Position numbers and translations under genes: made by a program | Notes under the pieces: model-generated | What the model was told of the DNA's origin: nothing | What the model saw: only the letters and a program-made list of their open reading frames with translations | Database searches by the model: none | Source of the DNA: an uncultured Candidatus Saccharibacteria bacterium | GTDB taxonomy: Bacteria > Patescibacteriota > Minisyncoccia > Phycocordibacterales > GWA1-40-21 | Length of the DNA stretch: 46,660 nucleotides | Assembly (NCBI GenBank): GCA_964583845.1 | Contig: CAZOXG010000001.1 | Span: 1-46,660 of the forward strand | Direction: 5' to 3' | Part shown: positions 41,124-46,660 of the stretch, piece after piece | How positions within the stretch are numbered: the first letter of the stretch is position 1 | How the letters are laid out: each line of letters begins with the position of its first letter

Positions 41124-43508
41124 ATGATATTTTCTTACCTTTGGTTAAATAATTTTTTCAAAGGAGCTTTGCCTCCAGTGGAAAAACTTTCAGATATTTT
41201 AAGTTATAATATTTCTGAAGTAGATGAAGTGTCTAAGTCTCAAAACGGGGAGACTATTTTGGATGTTAAAATTTTACCCAACCTGGCACATAATTGTTTG
41301 GCTCATCGTGGTCTAGCGCGTTTTATTGGCGCCAAGATTGATTTACCTGTTAGTAAGACTTCACGAGAAAATATTACTTTTAAAACTGATAAAACTAAAC
41401 ATCAGATTTCAGTCGAGATTGAAGATGATAAAGATTGTCGACGATATATTGGTCGCGTAATTGAAAATATTAAAATTGGACCATCTCCAGAGTGGTTAAA
41501 AAAATCTTTGGAAACTGTTGGTCAACGATCCATCAATAATGTGGTAGATGCCACGAATTTTGTTTTGCTTGAACTCGGACAGCCAATGCATGCTTTTGAC
41601 GCTGATAAATTAGTCTATCGAGGGGATAAGATTGTTATTGATATTAAACGGGCTTCCGAGGGCATGAAAATGACCACCTTGGATGGGCGTGGAATTGATT
41701 TGGATACATCAGTTTTGATTATCGGAAATGAAGATCGTCCACTAGCTATTGCTGGAGTTAAGGGTGGTTTGGAAGCCGAGGTTAATAATGAGACATTAAA
41801 TTTAGTTTTAGAATCGGCAAATTTTCAGCCTGGTTTGATTCGTCGCACCGCTCAGAAAGTAAAAATTCAAACTGATGCAACAAAGCGTTATGAGAATGAT
41901 TTATCACCAGAGACCGCCGAAGAAGCAATGGACTTGTTAACTAAAATTATTATGGAAGTGGCTGGAACTTCTGGTACAAGAATTAGCGAAGTGGTGGACA
42001 ATTATCCTCGTCGGTCTAGTCCTTATAAAATTGGCGTCACTTTAACCAGTATCAATGACTTGTTAGATTTGTCTTTAACTTCAACTGAAGTAGAAAATAT
42101 TTTTAATCGTCTTGGTTTTGCTTTTGAAAAAAGTGCTCCAGTAGAAAAGATCCTATCTTTAACTAACGAAATAGTTGGTAAACCATATCGCCTCGGAGCC
42201 AGTGTTTCCTATGATGCACCACGCGAATTTGATTGTTCCAGTATGACGGCCTATTTGTACACCCAAGCTGGCGTGGCAATTCCACGTATCTCTGTTGACC
42301 AGTATGTCTATGGTAAGCCAGTCACAGAAAAAGAAATGTTACCAGGAGATTTAATTTTTGCTAATACTGGTGAAGGTAAGAATTTTACTGAAAGTATAGA
42401 GTTCATGAAGGGGTCCAAGGTGCCTCAACCAATTGATCATGTCGGTTTGTATTTAGGAAATGGGGAAGTTCTGCAGGCCACTAGATATAAGAACGGTGTT
42501 GTAAAAGAAAGTCTAAAGGATTCTGAACAATTCCAAAATATTTCTGGTATTGCTAGAATGGTTGAAAATAGTGAAAGATATATAGTAACCGTGCCAGCCG
42601 AACGAGTTGATTTACGTATCAAAGAAGACCTGATTGAAGATGTGGCGATGATTTATGGTTATCAAAATATTAAGGAAAAAGAGGCTTACAAAGGTGATTT
42701 TAAAACCCTAGTTAATAAGAATTATTACTATGCGTCTTTGATTAGGGAGACTTTGTCTAACTTAGGTTTTTCAGAAATTTATACTTATGCATTTACACCC
42801 AAGGGCGAGGTGGAACTAATGAATCCTTTGAATGTGGAAATTCCGTTCTTGCGTAATAATTTAACTGAACCGATAAAGAAAAGTTTGGAATTTAATGCTC
42901 GAAATTCTGAGTTAATTAACATGTCACAGATTAAGATTTTTGAAATCGGAAAAGTGTTTCCGGTAAGTGGAGAATATACCTCAGTTTCCTTAGGTGTAAA
43001 GACTCCAATAGGTGTAAAAGGTTTACCAAAAGAAAAAGATGTTTTAGATGAGGTTGTTAAAAAAATAGAGGAAATTTTTGGCTGCACTTTAGTAATAACA
43101 ACTCGCGAGGATAATATTGTTGAATTTGATTTGGTTAATACTGTTGCTATGCTACCAACACCGGAAACATATAAAGATTTTTCCAATGTTGCCGAAGACA
43201 ATACTCGTTTCCGCAAGATTTCTGTCTACCCATTTATGACTCGCGACGTAGCTGTTTTTGTACCAGAAGATATTAAAGAGGCTGAATTAAGAAAATTAAT
43301 TTCAAGTAAAGCGGGCGAGCTTTTGGTAAGTATTCGTTTGTTTGATGTGTTTAAAAAACCGCAGGCTGATGGTTCAGTAAAAGTTTCTTTTGCTTATCGT
43401 TTGGTATTTCAGTCTTATGAAAAAACTTTATCTGATGAAGAAATAAATATCGTAATGACCGAAGTGAACAATGAGTTAAATTCACACGAGGGATGGCAGG
43501 TACGGTAA
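41124..43508 (+). CDS. pheT: Phenylalanine-tRNA ligase beta subunit, lacking the B2 OB-fold and carrying an NlpC/P60-like insertion in the B5 domain
   Basis: MIFSYLWLNNFF.. (canonical PheT start; the track start at 40992 overlaps pheS). B3_4 block DCRRYIGRVI..GPSP.WL...L...G.RSIN.VVD.TN.V.LE.GQP.HAFD. B5, then the insert, then ..VPAERVDL....DLIEDVAMIYGY.NI. C-terminal FDX-ACB block (YPF..RD.A..V). See findings. Confidence 0.93.
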   Translation: MIFSYLWLNNFFKGALPPVEKLSDILSYNISEVDEVSKSQNGETILDVKILPNLAHNCLAHRGLARFIGAKIDLPVSKTSRENITFKTDKTKHQISVEIEDDKDCRRYIGRVIENIKIGPSPEWLKKSLETVGQRSINNVVDATNFVLLELGQPMHAFDADKLVYRGDKIVIDIKRASEGMKMTTLDGRGIDLDTSVLIIGNEDRPLAIAGVKGGLEAEVNNETLNLVLESANFQPGLIRRTAQKVKIQTDATKRYENDLSPETAEEAMDLLTKIIMEVAGTSGTRISEVVDNYPRRSSPYKIGVTLTSINDLLDLSLTSTEVENIFNRLGFAFEKSAPVEKILSLTNEIVGKPYRLGASVSYDAPREFDCSSMTAYLYTQAGVAIPRISVDQYVYGKPVTEKEMLPGDLIFANTGEGKNFTESIEFMKGSKVPQPIDHVGLYLGNGEVLQATRYKNGVVKESLKDSEQFQNISGIARMVENSERYIVTVPAERVDLRIKEDLIEDVAMIYGYQNIKEKEAYKGDFKTLVNKNYYYASLIRETLSNLGFSEIYTYAFTPKGEVELMNPLNVEIPFLRNNLTEPIKKSLEFNARNSELINMSQIKIFEIGKVFPVSGEYTSVSLGVKTPIGVKGLPKEKDVLDEVVKKIEEIFGCTLVITTREDNIVEFDLVNTVAMLPTPETYKDFSNVAEDNTRFRKISVYPFMTRDVAVFVPEDIKEAELRKLISSKAGELLVSIRLFDVFKKPQADGSVKVSFAYRLVFQSYEKTLSDEEINIVMTEVNNELNSHEGWQVR

Positions 43509-43534
43509 ATAGTATAAGTATAAGGAAGACAGCA

Positions 43535-43569
43535 AACCCGACCTTTTCTAGCGAAAAGGTTGGGTTTTA
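43535..43569 (+). terminator. Intrinsic terminator after pheT
   Basis: aacccgacctttt ctagcg aaaaggttgggtt plus Ts. Confidence 0.75.
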
Positions 43570-43621
43570 TTAATATGTTGAAGAGTAGGTCGATTACTTT
43601 GGATTACGAAACCCTTTTTTT

Positions 43622-43774
43622 CTGTCATCCTCGCGAACGCGGGGATCCAGGATAAATTAGTCTTGATTCTTAATACAAAACAGTCTGGATTGCTTCGCCA
43701 GGCCACCGCAAGAGTACTCACATTTTCTACCACGGATTACCGTGAAGAAAATTAGATCGCTCGCAAAGACAGTC
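43622..43774. repeat. Composite ~150-bp copy of the dispersed palindromic repeat family
   Basis: ctgtcatcctcgcgaacgcggggatccagga ... ctggattgcttcgcc ... gatcgctcgcaaagacagtc. The left arm is nearly identical in pattern to 5043-5072. The spurious minus-strand ORF across it reads ..WIPAFARMTEKKG... Confidence 0.6.
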
Positions 43775-43823
43775 AAAAAATAAATTTCCCAATTAAAATA
43801 GAATAAGTTGGAAACCTCAAATT

Positions 43824-43852
43824 TTAACTTGCAGTTGTGTAGGTGTTATAAT
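43824..43852 (+). promoter_or_regulatory. Promoter TTAACT-17-(TGt)TATAAT, 6 nt upstream of ATG 43859 (leaderless-type)
   Basis: ttaact 43824-43829, tg 43844-43845, tataat 43847-43852. Confidence 0.5.
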
Positions 43853-43858
43853 GGTCTT

Positions 43859-44431
43859 ATGATTTTACCAATAAAACTATTTTCGCAATATTCTCCCGAA
43901 ATACCTTTGGAGTGGCAGCCGAGGGTTTGTTCTTTGTCGGTTATTAAAATGATTCTTGATTCATATTCAAAAGATCAACTTTCTTTTGAGAATATTTTTA
44001 ATGAAGTTAAGGCTATTGGAGGTTATGACGAGAGGTATGGTTGGAACCACGAGGCTTTGGTTAGAGTATTGAGAAATCATGGTGTTAATGCCTACAGACA
44101 GGAGTTTAAGAGTCGCAAAATTAATCTAGAAAATAAAAATGATCAAGTTAGTGAATTCGAGTCTGAAATGGTTAATTTTGGTCTGAAAAAAAATGTTGCT
44201 AGTCTTGAAAACGGGTTTCCGGTTATAGTTTCTGTACTTCGTCATTTCAATGAAATAGGGACAATGCATTCAGTTTTAGTGGTTGGCTTTGAAAAGGACG
44301 AAAAGGGAATTACTGGTCTATATTTTAATGATCCAGATACTAGTATTGATCAGGAAAATAAGCCTGTTTTTGTTAATCTAGAGGTTTTTACTAGAGCCTG
44401 GCGCCAGCTAGCTATTTTCATTGAAAAATAA
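43859..44431 (+). CDS. Peptidase C39-like (papain-fold) domain protein
   Basis: ..WQPRVCSLSVIKMIL.. (candidate catalytic Cys) and ..GTMHSVLVVGF... YFNDP (candidate His/Asp). The 43808 TTG start of the track lies upstream of the predicted promoter, so ATG 43859 is preferred. Confidence 0.6.
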   Translation: MILPIKLFSQYSPEIPLEWQPRVCSLSVIKMILDSYSKDQLSFENIFNEVKAIGGYDERYGWNHEALVRVLRNHGVNAYRQEFKSRKINLENKNDQVSEFESEMVNFGLKKNVASLENGFPVIVSVLRHFNEIGTMHSVLVVGFEKDEKGITGLYFNDPDTSIDQENKPVFVNLEVFTRAWRQLAIFIEK

Positions 44432-44506
44432 AATTATTTTTCTTGTGCTTGTTATCTGTAAATGGTAAAATATATGCAGTTATTATTTAAACGAGCAACT
44501 TTATAT

Positions 44507-45826
44507 ATGAGTTATAAAAATAAATTAATTCAGTTATTTTCAAAACCGTTTTTTGCATTGATTGCTATCGCTACTTTACTCTCCTCCACCTATTTCATCA
44601 CTCCTCTCCTCGCCGCCCCCTTTGCACCCGGCGAAACTCTAGATCCAAATTGTTTGCCTGGCAGTAATAATTGTAAGATTGTTGAACCTTGGACTTCCAC
44701 TGCGACATCTTCTGATATTGTCTTTAATCAATTGGGTAGTGTTGGAGTTGGTACTACTACTCCCACTAACAAATTAACTGTTGTTGGTGATACCTATATC
44801 TCTGACATTCTGTCAGTTGCTAGTACCACCGGTACTTCCACCATTTCTGGTAACCTCACCATTGGAAACTCTCTCTGTATTAATGGTGATTGTCGTTCTG
44901 TTTGGCCAGCTGTTGGTTCATCTCTTTGGGCCACTACTTCTGGTTCCAGAATTTTCTATAACGCTGGTGTCTTAATTGCTACCACAACAGACGATTTATC
45001 TGGAGCCAACCTCCAAGTAAACGGGGGACTATCTCTTAACGGCAATCTTTTTGATTCAAACAAATCAGCTGGAGTGACTGGTTACATTTTACAAACCACC
45101 GCGACTGGTACCCAGTGGGTGGCTACTACTTCTCTTAGTCTGTCTTCTAATTGGACGTCTTCTTCTTCTAATATTTATTACACCCTTGGAAACGTTAGTG
45201 TTGGCACAGCAACTTCTTCAACTAACAAACTTAATGTTTGGGGTAATTTAAATATAGCGACCGGAACCACTCCAGCTTTGTATGTTAATACTGCTTTGAG
45301 TAATGTCGGAATTGGAACTTCCACTCCAACTAAAAGTCTTACTGTTGCCGGTAATCAATATTTAACTGGTGCTTTCTATGATTCGACAAATGCTTCAGGT
45401 ACTGCTGGAATGGTTTTACAATCCACAGGAACTTCCACTCGTTGGGCGACAACAGGCTCTTCACAATGGATTTCATCTAGTTCAAATATTTATTTTAATT
45501 CTGGTAAGGTAAGTATAGGTACCACCAATACTATTGATACTTTAAGTGTTGTTGGAACCTCTTCATTCTTTGGTAGTATTTTGAATAAGGTTTCATCTTT
45601 ATCTGATCCTAAAATTATTGGTACATTAAGCGGATTCGGAATCAATTCAACAGTAGCGGTTTCTGGTAATTATTTATATTTGGGAAGTGCTGGTACCGAT
45701 TATAGTAGTACTCAGGGCGTGTATGTTGTAGACACTACTAATCCATACAGTCCGAGGCTAATAAGTAATTTACCACTTGTAAATAGTAATATATCTGACA
45801 TGACTATATTCGGTCATTATATATAG
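44507..45826 (+). CDS. Secreted fibre/LVIVD-repeat surface protein, 5' segment (ends at a premature TAG inside a (TA)4 tract)
   Basis: Signal anchor MSYKNKLIQLFSKPFFALIAIATLLSS.., PGETLDPNCLPGSNNC (same module as in the 25405 protein), VGVGTTTPTNKLTVVG fibre repeats, and a first LVIVD-type unit AVSGNYLYLGS..GVYVVDTTNPYSP. Confidence 0.75.
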   Translation: MSYKNKLIQLFSKPFFALIAIATLLSSTYFITPLLAAPFAPGETLDPNCLPGSNNCKIVEPWTSTATSSDIVFNQLGSVGVGTTTPTNKLTVVGDTYISDILSVASTTGTSTISGNLTIGNSLCINGDCRSVWPAVGSSLWATTSGSRIFYNAGVLIATTTDDLSGANLQVNGGLSLNGNLFDSNKSAGVTGYILQTTATGTQWVATTSLSLSSNWTSSSSNIYYTLGNVSVGTATSSTNKLNVWGNLNIATGTTPALYVNTALSNVGIGTSTPTKSLTVAGNQYLTGAFYDSTNASGTAGMVLQSTGTSTRWATTGSSQWISSSSNIYFNSGKVSIGTTNTIDTLSVVGTSSFFGSILNKVSSLSDPKIIGTLSGFGINSTVAVSGNYLYLGSAGTDYSSTQGVYVVDTTNPYSPRLISNLPLVNSNISDMTIFGHYI

Positions 45827-46660
45827 TATAGAAGGTAATGGTGGAACTACAGTGTCTATTATAGATGTTTCTAATCCTTCAAATCCATTTAGATTATCCA
45901 GTGTTGGTTTGCCTGGCAATGGCGTTTCTACTGCTGTATCAGGTCATTATATGTATGTTTCTTATATTAATAATAATTTCGGTGTAATTGATATTTCCGA
46001 CCCTAGAAAACCCTTTTTGGCCACAACATCCACAGGTATTTTGTCTGCTTCGGCACAATCAATGCATATTATAGGTAAATATTTATATGCTTCAGAAACA
46101 ACTTACAATACTAATTTATTAACAATAGTTGATATTAGTAATCCACTTACTCCGGTCGAGGTTAAGACTGTAACTGGTGCTGGTTTTAATCCTGCGGGTG
46201 CCAGCACTGTCTCTGACGGATATGCTTACATAGTAGAAGATAATACTTTGTATGTCATAGATGTTTCCAATCCTTCAACGGCCAGCGTTGTAAAAACCTT
46301 GTCCGTCGCGGGGGTGAACGATCTCGCTGTCTCAGGCAAATATTTGTATGCAGCAGGGAATAATTCACTATATATAATTGATATCTCTAACCCTCTTAAT
46401 CTGACATTAGTAAAGACTGTATATTCTCTTACTGGTGCAAACAATGTTAATTTATCAGGTCATTATGTCTATGTTACTGGTAATGGCACTTTATATATAA
46501 TTGATATTCAGGGTATAGAAACGAATGCATTATTTACATCTTCATTAACGACAGGTAATTTACAAATATTAAATAATGCAATGTCTCAGGGTTCATTAAG
46601 TATTGGAACATCATTGACAGTTGGAGAAGGTGGAATTCTTTCTTCTGGGTCATTATCTAT
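45825..46660 (+). CDS. Same surface protein, 3' segment in the +1 frame (LVIVD beta-propeller repeats); open to the window end
   Basis: My own translation: SIEGNGGTTVSIIDVSNPSNPFRLSS..AVSGHYMYVSYINNNFGVIDISDPRKPF..IIGKYLYASE..LTIVDISNPLTP..SDGYAYIVEDNTLYVIDVSNPSTA..VSGKYLYAAGNNSLYIIDISNPLN..LSGHYVYVTGNGTLYIIDIQG... There is no stop up to 46660. It is not in the track because it has no start and runs off the edge. Confidence 0.7.

Noticed and set aside
43548-43733. Minus-strand 61-aa ORF (..WIPAFARMTEKKG..).
   Set aside because: It is a translation of the palindromic repeat element. I recall this peptide pattern as a common annotation artefact of such repeats.

Overview
This is a low-GC, densely packed segment, almost all coded on the plus strand. 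From gene content it looks like a Candidate Phyla Radiation / Patescibacteria (Parcubacteria-type) chromosome; that taxon call is inference, since no search was possible.

The backbone is housekeeping:
- Envelope and glycan genes: Wzx-like flippase, GT1, O-antigen-ligase-like protein, murB, and a nucleotidyltransferase/GHMP-kinase fusion.
- secA.
- Glycolysis and pentose genes: eno, gpmI, rpiB, rpe, fba.
- obg and gatB.
- A translation block: rplY, rpmE, prfA, rpsB, tsf, tRNA-Thr, pheS, pheT.
- A GT2 / processive-synthase / PEGA cluster.

Almost every transcription unit ends in a long, perfect-stem intrinsic terminator.

Items the backbone does not explain:
1. pheT carries an inserted segment of about 147 aa with NlpC/P60 papain-like hydrolase motifs, splitting its B5 domain. 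The same PheRS has lost two tRNA-binding modules.
2. At 11.6-14.0 kb there is an island of three tandem, highly diverged paralogs of unknown function. Each is monocistronic with its own promoter, SD-bearing leader and terminator. Two share an identical 23-nt hairpin, and a 260-nt structured orphan region lies upstream.
3. A locus of about 0.85 kb lies 3' of tRNA-Thr. It holds a perfect 28-bp palindrome that includes the tRNA 3' end, a degenerate tRNA fragment, about 450 nt of hairpin-rich non-coding DNA, and an unannotated 53-aa one-TM peptide behind a consensus TTGACA-17-TATAAT promoter and a strong SD. The peptide is type I toxin-like.
4. Three giant secreted proteins are present: one with Cys-rich repeats, one tail-fibre-like with an S74-type chaperone domain, and one with LVIVD repeats. 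The LVIVD gene is broken at a (TA)4 tract, and one extra TA unit would restore its frame.
5. Many housekeeping genes have a -10 box 6-9 nt from the ATG with no SD, which suggests leaderless mRNAs.
6. A MITE-like palindromic repeat family occurs at four loci.
7. There are two further unannotated micro-ORFs: a Lys-rich 21-aa peptide and a Cys-rich 48-aa protein.

All calls come from reading the sequence and translations by eye. No database, HMM or folding computation was run.
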